Shown here in pieces: positions 29,671-38,465 of a DNA stretch of 64,000 nt. This DNA is from Calditrichia bacterium (GTDB lineage Bacteria; Calditrichota; Calditrichia; RBG-13-44-9; J075). The notes below the pieces were generated by a model, which ran no database searches, was not told the origin of the DNA, and was given only the letters and a program-made list of their open reading frames with translations. The DNA is taken from positions 64,001-128,000 of the forward strand of contig JBOEGD010000010.1 of the NCBI GenBank assembly GCA_050633245.1, written 5' to 3'. The position numbers were made by a program, and so were the translations under genes. The stretch's first letter is position 1. Every line of letters starts with the position of its first letter.

Positions 29671-30177
29671 ATGAGTTATGGCAAGAAAATTGCCGAAACC
29701 ATACGCGATGGAGATAATAAAGCGCTGTACACTGATCCGAAGAAAAAGATTACTTATTACAATCATGAAGAGGGTAATCTAAAATTTCAAGTAAAATTCA
29801 GAGAGTTTGGTAAGTTCGGTGTAGAGCTTGACACTATAACCGTCAGCAGCACGAAGCCGCTGCCGAATTTGGATGTAAGTCGGCAATTAATTGAAGAGCA
29901 AGCCGAAAAGGTGCAGGAAAGCATCACGTTTCTGCCGGAAAATTTTCGGCTGATAGAAATGGATCATACGGTTAAGAAAGCGCAGCTACGAAGCTATCCT
30001 CCCGTTCAGGAGGAAGATTCAAAATATTATCATGAAGTCGTGTTAGAAGACGGCAACAACGCTCATTTTCAACGCTACCAGTTTTCGCGCGAAAAGAAGC
30101 GTTATCAGAAGGTAAACTCACAGCTTACACGTGAGTCATTTGAAAAGCTGATCGATACATTTGCAGATTTATTTTAA
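29671..30177 (+). CDS. Hypothetical soluble protein, fourth gene of the prkA operon
   Basis: 168-aa ORF with AAGGGG SD, 31 bp after spoVR, same strand. Confidence 0.75.
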   Translation: MSYGKKIAETIRDGDNKALYTDPKKKITYYNHEEGNLKFQVKFREFGKFGVELDTITVSSTKPLPNLDVSRQLIEEQAEKVQESITFLPENFRLIEMDHTVKKAQLRSYPPVQEEDSKYYHEVVLEDGNNAHFQRYQFSREKKRYQKVNSQLTRESFEKLIDTFADLF

Positions 30178-30567
30178 GTCTTTATTGCTCCGGAGCCTTG
30201 CTTCGGAGCGTTTTTTTATCCACTCCCCTATTCCCGCCACTGCCATTGCACCTATTAAATAGAAAGGAAAATCAATCCACGAAAATGTGCTGCCCAAAAC
30301 GAGCCTGCCTGCCTGCGTGGCGCGAATCGTTTCCAGAAAGAGCGGATGCCAAAGCTGTAGGAACTCCACACCACACGTCACGATAAATGCGGCTCCGGCT
30401 ACCTTCAGCGGCGACAATTTCGGTCGCAATGTCAAAGCAAGAAATCCCCACCACATCACGTAGATCGCACCACCAAGATTTGCTGCAACCCAGCCGGGAA
30501 GGCTTTTTGAGAACAAACCAATTGGAACACACAAAAGTGCGAGCAGTGCAAAGCTAGTTCTTGGCAA
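30169..30567 (-). CDS. DUF2809 family membrane protein
   Basis: GGAIY, VEFLQLW and LVLGSTFSWID motifs. Confidence 0.8.
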   Translation of the reverse strand: MPRTSFALLALLCVPIGLFSKSLPGWVAANLGGAIYVMWWGFLALTLRPKLSPLKVAGAAFIVTCGVEFLQLWHPLFLETIRATQAGRLVLGSTFSWIDFPFYLIGAMAVAGIGEWIKKRSEARLRSNKDLK

Positions 30568-30611
30568 AAAAAGACCCGTCCCGGTGCTACAGATTTTAGA
30601 TGCACTTTTCT

Positions 30612-31667
30612 CTATTTTTCGCGAATAGAGGCAAAAGCAATTAGAGATAAATCACAAGAAATAATCGCATTTTTACCAACGGCTATTACTTGTTGGTTTT
30701 GGCCATTATTGTCCATGGAATGAAGCGTCCGGTTTTTTCCAGACCAGTATAATATCTTACTGCCGTCAGGTGAGATACTAAAGCCATCGCCCCCACCAAA
30801 ATTAAATCCATTCATTAACTCAACATAGTCTGTTCCATCACTACGCATTGATACCAACAAATCAGGTGAGCCCTCTTTTGTATAAACAATTCTTTCCCCA
30901 TTTTGCGAAACGTAAACAGGGTTTACAAAACAGCATTCTGTATCAAGAATTTGTTTATCATTTCCGAAAATATCGATACTTAATATTGAATCAGTAAAAG
31001 CACCTGCTGAACTTTTGCCTAGATAAACGATGCGGCCTGTATCGCTAAAGTGCGGATATCTATATCTTCTTGACGTGCTTTGCACACCTTGACTTGTTAA
31101 AACCGTATCTGTTTTCATAGTAGCAAGGTTGACTATCTCAAGCGTCTCCAAATTTACATCTTTTCTCTCCCCTGAAAACACTAAATATTCGCTATCTGGT
31201 GAAAAAGATGGATACTGATAAATAGTATTAGCTGAATTTGTGATCTGCTTAAGATTTAAACTGGATAAATCAAGAAGATATATCTCCCAAAGGATATCCG
31301 GATCTTTTGGCTTTAGAGAAAAAGCCAGGAAACGTTTATCAGGTGAAACAGATACATTCGAATTAATATCTCCAAGATCCGTTGGTATTATATAAAGCGT
31401 TCGAATAGCTGAAAAATCGGTTGGGATTTGTAGAATGAATCTCCCGTTGGCTGATATAATAGAAGAATCGTTTTTTCCAAAAAATAAGATACTGCTATCA
31501 AACCCTCTATTCTGCGAATCCTGCAACAATCTGGTTTCATTGGTTGAGATCTCTTTAATAATAAGAGGAAATTTGAATTCTGGTCTCGTAACTTCAGATG
31601 GCTGAGAGCACGCAAGAAGAAAGAGAGTAAAACAAATTAAATTTATGTTTAAGATTCTATCAAACAT
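30612..31667 (-). CDS. TolB-like/PD40 beta-propeller lipoprotein
   Basis: LLAC lipobox and repeated SPD motifs (VSPDK, FSPDS, ISPDG). Visibly AT-rich. Confidence 0.75.
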   Translation of the reverse strand: MFDRILNINLICFTLFLLACSQPSEVTRPEFKFPLIIKEISTNETRLLQDSQNRGFDSSILFFGKNDSSIISANGRFILQIPTDFSAIRTLYIIPTDLGDINSNVSVSPDKRFLAFSLKPKDPDILWEIYLLDLSSLNLKQITNSANTIYQYPSFSPDSEYLVFSGERKDVNLETLEIVNLATMKTDTVLTSQGVQSTSRRYRYPHFSDTGRIVYLGKSSAGAFTDSILSIDIFGNDKQILDTECCFVNPVYVSQNGERIVYTKEGSPDLLVSMRSDGTDYVELMNGFNFGGGDGFSISPDGSKILYWSGKNRTLHSMDNNGQNQQVIAVGKNAIISCDLSLIAFASIREK

Positions 31668-31697
31668 TGAATTGCCATTTTATAAATCGAACGAATC

Positions 31698-32246
31698 TCA
31701 ATCACTTTTTCTCGTATAGACACGTCGATGCGTCAACTGCCAGGCTGCACCGGCTCGCGGACGCATATAGCTCTCACTGACAAAGCCCGTTTTGGTCACA
31801 TCTTTTATAAGATGTTTTACACTAAGCGTTCTGGTCTTCAACTCTCGCTGCCACATCACATTCAAGCTGTCGCTTTTAAACGTTCCTTCCAACAGCATCG
31901 GGTTTGCATGATTACTGTCCAGCCATAGTTTAGAGACAGTTACGGAATCCTTCCACACGTGCAGCGTTTTAAACTGCAGCTCTGCGCCTTTTAGTGTACC
32001 CGTGTAGTCTTCTTCGATGCCGCAGTTCGCAAAAAGAACGCGAATAGTCGACACGCCAGTGTTTTTCTCATAGTCACCGGGTGCGATCCGATCCTGCGAA
32101 GCCACAAGCCAATCGCCTTCCAGCTGCTTTAAAAAATTTGTATTGGGTTGACTACAAGGCTGCTGTGCCGATGCAGAAATCGGCAGCAGCAAAATAAATT
32201 TCAAGACAACAGTTAATGCAATGCTGGTAATCTTTTTAATACGCAT
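31698..32246 (-). CDS. Secreted hypothetical protein (DUF1579-like beta-barrel)
   Basis: ASA-Q signal peptide, LEGDW, WLDS, C-terminal YTRK. ATG at 32246 follows GGAGG. Confidence 0.55.
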   Translation of the reverse strand: MRIKKITSIALTVVLKFILLLPISASAQQPCSQPNTNFLKQLEGDWLVASQDRIAPGDYEKNTGVSTIRVLFANCGIEEDYTGTLKGAELQFKTLHVWKDSVTVSKLWLDSNHANPMLLEGTFKSDSLNVMWQRELKTRTLSVKHLIKDVTKTGFVSESYMRPRAGAAWQLTHRRVYTRKSD

Positions 32247-32350
32247 AGTACCTCCGTGGACAATTGAGTGAATAGAAAATGTTGGCATTAAAAAAAACCT
32301 TCAAGCCCACGCGTGATCATTATACTATCGTAAAACTCGCGACACAAGTT

Positions 32351-33661
32351 TCAGCGAACCAGCAGTATCTTTTGACTTTGCACTTCCCCTCCGCTCTCCA
32401 GCTGACTGAGATACACGCCCGAAGCAACCGGAGTTGCAGTTTCATCCCGACCGTCCCACTTTACATCATGCATTCCGGCAGAACGTTCATTATTCACCAG
32501 TATGCGCACAAGGCGTCCAGAGATATCTGTAATCTGCAGTAGCACCTCCGAACGTCTATAAAGTTCAAACCGCAGCGTGGTAGATGGATTAAATGGATTG
32601 GGATAGTTTGCTAACAGGCGAATGCTGCTCGGCGTTGTCTCGGGAACCTGGTCTCCAATACCGGTTACTCCGCCGTTAACGGTTTTGAGAACAATTCCTT
32701 CTTCTCCAACCACATAGCCGGTATCGGCACTGATAAAAGAAAGAGCATTCAGTTTTTGAGTTGTTACAGCTTGTTGAATCCAGGTGCCTCCACCGTCTGT
32801 TGTATATTGCAGGAGACCACCTTCTCCAACCGACCAGCCGGAATTTGTAGTCAGGAATTGAATATCACTGAGTGTACCGATGCTCGTCTCTTCCGTCCAG
32901 TTCAAACCGCCATCAGTAGTGCGTAAATAAATACCGCCCTCATCAACCAGCCAGCCATGCTGTTGATCTACAAAGTTAATACGCGAATCGAGACCGCCTA
33001 TCGTAGGGATAGATCTGGCTGTCCATGTGGTGCCTCCATTGGTTGTTAAGTAAATAGTGTCAGGAGGGGCAGCAATCCATCCATAGTTATTATCCAGGAA
33101 AAACATGTCGCGTAGTACACCTGATTGAAATCTATCAATGCCTGGCAACGGGCAATCCGCCTGCCAATTCGGTGAACCCGACTCCAGGCAATATACCTCA
33201 GTTTCAAAAAGCTGATTGGTTTCACCAAAGATCCAGCCCTTCGTATCCGATACCATTTCAATGACACTCCCCTGTCCTAATTCCAATCCTGATGAGGATC
33301 TTGTCCAGGATAGTCCGCTATTTTCTGTTTTCCAGACCGTCACTTCGGGTATGTGAAATAGTGGGTCCAGCTCCCATCCAACAGTCCAACCAGTTTGGGA
33401 ATTTATAAAATCTACCTCCCGTAACACACCGGCATTAATCGTATTAACGGTATCCCAGGATGCGCCGCCATCAATTGTTCGATAGACGGCAGCCCGCCCA
33501 TCTAAGACCAGCTCATAACCGATAGCCACTGCTTCATCAGCCGAAATAGCATGAACGTCGGTTAATCGCATATTCGGATCAATGACCTGCATATCCCAGC
33601 CCTGACCATGAAGTAGGGATCCTAGAAATAACGTGGATAAAATGATGAGTATTCTGAACAT
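32351..33661 (-). CDS. YCF48/BNR-repeat secreted protein with FlgD-Ig/T9SS-like C-terminal domain
   Basis: Repeated T.DGG..W motifs, NYPNPFNPST, WDGRD...ASGVY. ATG at 33661 follows GGAGGA. Confidence 0.85.
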   Translation of the reverse strand: MFRILIILSTLFLGSLLHGQGWDMQVIDPNMRLTDVHAISADEAVAIGYELVLDGRAAVYRTIDGGASWDTVNTINAGVLREVDFINSQTGWTVGWELDPLFHIPEVTVWKTENSGLSWTRSSSGLELGQGSVIEMVSDTKGWIFGETNQLFETEVYCLESGSPNWQADCPLPGIDRFQSGVLRDMFFLDNNYGWIAAPPDTIYLTTNGGTTWTARSIPTIGGLDSRINFVDQQHGWLVDEGGIYLRTTDGGLNWTEETSIGTLSDIQFLTTNSGWSVGEGGLLQYTTDGGGTWIQQAVTTQKLNALSFISADTGYVVGEEGIVLKTVNGGVTGIGDQVPETTPSSIRLLANYPNPFNPSTTLRFELYRRSEVLLQITDISGRLVRILVNNERSAGMHDVKWDGRDETATPVASGVYLSQLESGGEVQSQKILLVR

Positions 33662-33821
33662 CTTTCCTCCTCTGCGCAACACGCAGTTTTGACATAATAG
33701 TATCGAAACCATCATAAAGTGGTTTGCACCAGGGAGAATTTTTGAAGCAGGAAAAAGGTGAGAATGAGGGGAAAAGAATCAGATGTCTCTTTTATAACAG
33801 TAATATTTTTTCAAAGCTTTG

Positions 33822-34415
33822 TCAAGAAGTTTCATGTGTGAAGTTAGAATCATCTATCGCTCGCAGGTCCGCAAGCGTGTTTACATTGCGGAATTGCCGC
33901 TCTGCGACGGCGGTATTGAAGACGACTTCAATGGCATCCAGATGCTTTAAAAGCGCATGTAAGCCGTAGCGTTTAGTAGCCATTTGCAATTCAATACTTC
34001 CACGTGCAGAAACAGGCCAAATCGACACCAGCGGCTGAACGCCTCTTTCTGAAACAGCTACAACCGGCTGATCATGCTTATCGTTTTCAAGAAGCGTTTT
34101 ATAGATATTCGCGGTAACTAGCGGCATGTCGCAAGGAATTATCGCAATCCGTTCCGTTTCACAGGATTCAAATGCAGCATGCAGTCCGCCAATAGGACCA
34201 CAATTCTGGAAAAGGTCCGGAAGTTGTTGAATTGAGCTATCGAGAGGTAACGGTGCCGACCCGCAGCAAACAAAAACATTCTCCGATAGCTGCTGCGCCA
34301 AAGATACGGCATGATCGATGAGTCGCTTACCGTGAAATTCGGCCAGGGCTTTTGGAGAGCCAAAACGACGGCTTTTTCCCCCGGCAATAATTGCAACCGT
34401 CAATGAGATGGACAT
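33822..34415 (-). CDS. mobA: Molybdenum cofactor guanylyltransferase
   Basis: IAGGKSRRFG..KA, GPIGG, PCDMP, NVNT..D. Confidence 0.9.
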   Translation of the reverse strand: MSISLTVAIIAGGKSRRFGSPKALAEFHGKRLIDHAVSLAQQLSENVFVCCGSAPLPLDSSIQQLPDLFQNCGPIGGLHAAFESCETERIAIIPCDMPLVTANIYKTLLENDKHDQPVVAVSERGVQPLVSIWPVSARGSIELQMATKRYGLHALLKHLDAIEVVFNTAVAERQFRNVNTLADLRAIDDSNFTHETS

Positions 34416-34417
34416 GT

Positions 34418-34695
34418 TCAACCTTTTTTCTCAATGGAACAGAAGATTGATTTTGACGCGGGTGTCTTGCTGTCAGCGGGAAAATTGTCAATCGGAACCA
34501 GCACGTTTGCCTCCGGGAAGCCGTTCGCAATACAGCGCCACATCGCTGTTTATATTGACCTGAAAGAATACATCCGTCAAGCTGATTCCTCCGATAAGGT
34601 AATCTGAAAGAAGCTCTGGATGTTTAAATCCCATCAACCCGGTTTCCGGCAGCGGATTAAGGTGATAATCTTACCGCCATTTTAGATTTAGCCAT
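34418..34695 (-). pseudogene. Internally deleted, frameshifted remnant of an FdhF/YdeP-family molybdopterin oxidoreductase
   Basis: Fragments in different frames: GGKIIT / NPLPETGLMGFKHP...SLTDVFFQVNINSDVAL / CIANGFPEANVLVPID...SKTPASKS...KKG-stop. It lies between fdhD and mobA. Confidence 0.8.
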
Positions 34696-34703
34696 ATTTA
34701 TTT

Positions 34704-35600
34704 TCATGCCTTCTTGTCAGGCTCATTTTGGGAATGGATGTTTTTAGCCAATCTTTCTGGATTGCTATAGCAATTAAAGGAAGAAGGCCGTAAAAAGCCA
34801 ATCAGCGTAAGGTCGTTCTCCTGCGCCGTCTCAACAGCAAGGCTGGATGGTGCTCCGATTGCTGCGAGGATTGCAACTCGTGCAACGACAGCCTTCTCCA
34901 CAAGCTCATAGCCAATTCTCCCACTTAGTAGAATGACCGATTGATGGAGCGGTAAATTGTCTTTGTATAGCGCCGCGCCGATTAATTTATCAAGGGCATT
35001 ATGCCTTCCGATATCTTCTCGTAGCGTCAGCAACTCTCCCTTTAAATCAAAAAGTGCGGCGGCATGTAATCCACCTGTTCGTGCAAAAACTGCCTGTTGT
35101 TCACGGAGCTTTTGTGGAAGCGTCTGAAGAATATCAATTGGCACCAGGCTGCTCACCGGTGGTGCATCATAAATCAGGGAATCTGCAAAAAGTGTAGAGA
35201 AATTGGTTTTTCCACACACCCCGCAACTTGAATTCGTGTAAACATTTCTTGAGAAATGAGCTGTATCGACACGAACTTCCGGCATCAACTCGACAAGTAT
35301 AGTTGTTTCCCCTTCTTCACGGCGATGCGCCTCACGAACATCCTTACAAAATCTGATCGATTTAATATCGCTCTTCGTGCTAATTATGCCCTCGCCGAAC
35401 AGGTAACCAACGGCAAGCTCCAGATCGTCACCGGGCGTTCGCATCGTTATGGAAAGCGTTCGGTGCTCGCGAGAATCCTTGCTGCCAAAGCTAAGTCGGA
35501 TTTCCAGCGGCGATTCCACTGCCAGTAGATCTGCACGCTCTTCCCGGTTTCCCTTGGAATAATAAGTGAGCACAGCGGGAGCAATCTTTAAATTTTTCAT
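34704..35600 (-). CDS. fdhD: Formate dehydrogenase accessory sulfurtransferase
   Basis: TMRTPG, SSCGVCG, TGGLHAA, EDIGRHNALDK, SGR. Confidence 0.95.
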   Translation of the reverse strand: MKNLKIAPAVLTYYSKGNREERADLLAVESPLEIRLSFGSKDSREHRTLSITMRTPGDDLELAVGYLFGEGIISTKSDIKSIRFCKDVREAHRREEGETTILVELMPEVRVDTAHFSRNVYTNSSCGVCGKTNFSTLFADSLIYDAPPVSSLVPIDILQTLPQKLREQQAVFARTGGLHAAALFDLKGELLTLREDIGRHNALDKLIGAALYKDNLPLHQSVILLSGRIGYELVEKAVVARVAILAAIGAPSSLAVETAQENDLTLIGFLRPSSFNCYSNPERLAKNIHSQNEPDKKA

Positions 35601-35768
35601 CAACAAACCTCGTTCAATGCTTTTTCAAATATAGGAAAAATGAGCAAAAAAACTCGATTTTTCTAAGCGAGGTCGCCAAATCTCCCCTTGCTCAAATCGA
35701 TAATTTTTAGCAACTTTTTAGACTCAATACGGTAGAATAAGTATACGCGCACAAATAGCGAGGTCAAT

Positions 35769-36143
35769 ATGAGAAAAGCATTAATTTTTATGGGTTGTTT
35801 ATTCTTCATAAGTCTTCTGACGGGTACAGCCTTTGGTCAAGAGGCTAATAGCGAAAATTCAGCGATTGCAATAGATGGTGAGAATAAATCTATACAGGAG
35901 GATTTGCTTGAAAACCGTATTGCAGAAGTAAATCATGAATCCATAGTAGATCAGACCGCGCCCAATCTCAATATGAAGGAGCTAACCCCGTTGGTTCCAA
36001 CAACACCTCCTGCAGGAATCGGCTACCCATTGAGCAATCCGATTACGGAAACTCCAAAGGGTAAGATTTACCCATCTCAAACGGAAAGAGATGTTGTAGT
36101 GGGAGTGCTATTGTCAGCCGCACTTCAAAAGCTGCTACCCTAG
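35769..36143 (+). CDS. Small secreted hypothetical protein
   Basis: GAGG SD and a clear signal peptide (TAFG-Q). Confidence 0.6.
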   Translation: MRKALIFMGCLFFISLLTGTAFGQEANSENSAIAIDGENKSIQEDLLENRIAEVNHESIVDQTAPNLNMKELTPLVPTTPPAGIGYPLSNPITETPKGKIYPSQTERDVVVGVLLSAALQKLLP

Positions 36144-36184
36144 ACTGTGAACTTCGAACGGTGAACGGCAAGGACTTTAAGAGC

Positions 36185-36206
36185 GTCACCTGAGCGGAGT
36201 CGAAGG
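36185..36206 (+). repeat. Dispersed short hairpin repeat, copy 1 (core GAGCGGAGTCGA)
   Basis: GTCACCTGAGCGGAGTCGAAGG. The same 12-nt core occurs inverted at 58390-58401. Confidence 0.7.
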
Positions 36207-36228
36207 CAAAGCGAACAGACGATAGCGA

Positions 36229-36264
36229 TGAACTGTGAACTGTGAACTGTGAACTGTGAACTGT
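36229..36264. repeat. Heptamer tandem array (TGAACTG x5)
   Basis: Five exact copies, with degenerate units also at 36144-36168. Confidence 0.9.
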
Positions 36265-36302
36265 CAATTTAAAATAATCAATCATAATTCATCATTCATC
36301 AA

Positions 36303-38465
36303 TTACAACAATCCCCAGCGTTTGCGTAAAAACCACTCTATCCCAAGCAGTGTAATAAGCGCAACAAGCCACTGCCAATAATTCCACAAGAACATCTCGT
36401 CGAAAGAAATCTGCAGACGACTCTCTACCTTATTGTCTGCGAAGGTTTTGATAAAGCTGTCCGGCGTGTAACTCTTTCCCTGCGTTTCTAAAGCCAGCTG
36501 CTCCATCAGACTCTTATTGGCCGAAATCTGCTGAAACTCCAGATAGAAAGGCTTAACAGAAAATTTACCGCTGCGCGACCCAATGTTTCTTCCATTGCGA
36601 GTTGCCCGAACGGTATACCGATAATCACCTTGCGGTAACCCGGAAAAGCTCTGGCTGTAAAAGCCATTGCCCTGCGCAATAAATTCATCGGTCTGTTTAA
36701 CCGTGTCATTCTGAACCGTTGCAACAACATCAGCATCAGGAATTTGTTCATAGAACTCATCGTATACCGATCCGGATAGCGTAACGGCCTCGCCAACATT
36801 ATAGACATCTTGTAATGGGCGAACTTGAACCTGATTGATATCATCACGGTTTACCAGCCAGCGCATAGATCGTTCGAGCCAGTTTACAAAGAACTCGTTT
36901 CGGGAAGGATCTTCTTGCAAACGAAAGTGCCAATTGGCAATATTTGAGGCAGCAAAAACAAGCTGTTTAATCTCGTTTTGCCGATAGGAAAAATATGCCG
37001 GAGCAGGCTTTGGTTTTCCCGAGGCAGAGCTGTTAACACTTAGCAGCACCTGCGCACCATTGGAAGGAGATACACCCGAGTAATATTCAACCGGCGGCAG
37101 CTCTTGCCATAACAGGTCGTTAATTCCCTCACTCTCGGAGAGTTTGGCAGCAGGGTGCAGCCTTCCAGCTGGCGTTAATCCCACAATCTGTTCTTGTATT
37201 GGTCGAATGCCCTTGTCTACCGTAAATGGCAACATGTCTTCCAAGGCCTTCAACTTCGCCACATCATTTCGTCGATTAAACATCCAGAAAACGGGTTTCT
37301 TCTTGCTGCGAATCAAGGTAGTAAGCTGTTGGACATGTGCGGCATCGGACAAGCGCGATGGAAAGCCATGCATAAGAATCAAATCCTGGGTATCCAGTAA
37401 GGCTTGCGTAAACCGTCCCTCGAAATATTGAGACGAATTGACTTCCGTTCGGAATGCAAAGTTGAAGTCTTTTAGTTTATCTCCGGCAAAGCTCAAAAAG
37501 CGCCGGTCGAAATCGGCCCCTCCACTCATAACCAGAACATTTATTCGGCTCTTCAAAACCTGCACTCTAAGTAGCTTACGATTATTCTTTTCGGTTTTTT
37601 CATCAGCAAGCGTCTGCATTGAAACGGAATAGGTAAAATCTCCAGCTTCTGTTGAAACAATCTCGAGTATTTCTTTTTGTTCGAAGCCGGAATTTCCCAA
37701 CGTAATTTGCTTCTGAGCTACCCGCTTTCCATTTCGAGCGATGCTCAACAATGCCCTCTTACCATCATATCCACTTTGGCTAAACACGATTTCTACTGGT
37801 AGCTTCTTACCGACGTAGGTGACGTTATTAGACTGCACTCGCGTAATTGCTATATCATTTGGCTGCCTTGCATCGCCGACTAAAACCGTATGCACCGGTG
37901 TTGCTCGCTGTCTGGCTGGAAGCACTGGGTTCACGCCTTGATTATAAACGCCGTCACTTACCACAACGATTCCCTGTAGATTGGTAGTAGACAGGCTATC
38001 GGATACCGAGGCAATTGCCCGTGCAAGATTACTTCCGTCAACAGCAAAATCCAGAGAATCTTCCCCACCGGTAAAAGAGCGCAAATTCAGATCGAAACGA
38101 TAGGGTCTTATCTCAACTGAGTCGTTTGGAAAAATGGCATCTACATTTTGCATGATAAAATTAAGTGAATCGAATCGGCTTCCATACGATTCACTGATTT
38201 TCATGCTGGCCGAGTTATCATATAAAACGGCAATTACCGGTTTTTCCCGGCTGCGATAAAGCAACTGCATAACGGGCTCAAGAATAAGGAAGAGCACCAG
38301 ACCAAGAGATAGTGCGCGTAACAGGAATCCCGGTATTCGACGCTTTGTAGACAACGGCGGCAATGTTCGAAAGTAGAATAGGTAGGAGACAACAGCAAGT
38401 GCCAGAACGGACAAAACAAATATCCAGTTCGGCCAAGTCATCTTTAAGAATATTTCCTGTATCAT
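36303..38465 (-). CDS. Membrane-anchored vWA-domain protein
   Basis: N-terminal TMs, DNSASM MIDAS motif, VSDG, Ig-like segments, C-terminal EWFLRKRWGL. Confidence 0.75.
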   Translation of the reverse strand: MIQEIFLKMTWPNWIFVLSVLALAVVSYLFYFRTLPPLSTKRRIPGFLLRALSLGLVLFLILEPVMQLLYRSREKPVIAVLYDNSASMKISESYGSRFDSLNFIMQNVDAIFPNDSVEIRPYRFDLNLRSFTGGEDSLDFAVDGSNLARAIASVSDSLSTTNLQGIVVVSDGVYNQGVNPVLPARQRATPVHTVLVGDARQPNDIAITRVQSNNVTYVGKKLPVEIVFSQSGYDGKRALLSIARNGKRVAQKQITLGNSGFEQKEILEIVSTEAGDFTYSVSMQTLADEKTEKNNRKLLRVQVLKSRINVLVMSGGADFDRRFLSFAGDKLKDFNFAFRTEVNSSQYFEGRFTQALLDTQDLILMHGFPSRLSDAAHVQQLTTLIRSKKKPVFWMFNRRNDVAKLKALEDMLPFTVDKGIRPIQEQIVGLTPAGRLHPAAKLSESEGINDLLWQELPPVEYYSGVSPSNGAQVLLSVNSSASGKPKPAPAYFSYRQNEIKQLVFAASNIANWHFRLQEDPSRNEFFVNWLERSMRWLVNRDDINQVQVRPLQDVYNVGEAVTLSGSVYDEFYEQIPDADVVATVQNDTVKQTDEFIAQGNGFYSQSFSGLPQGDYRYTVRATRNGRNIGSRSGKFSVKPFYLEFQQISANKSLMEQLALETQGKSYTPDSFIKTFADNKVESRLQISFDEMFLWNYWQWLVALITLLGIEWFLRKRWGLL

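Noticed and set aside
36144-36302. Possible CRISPR array or mini-array
   Set aside because: The repeats are 7-bp tandem units with no unique spacers, and there are no cas genes in the window.
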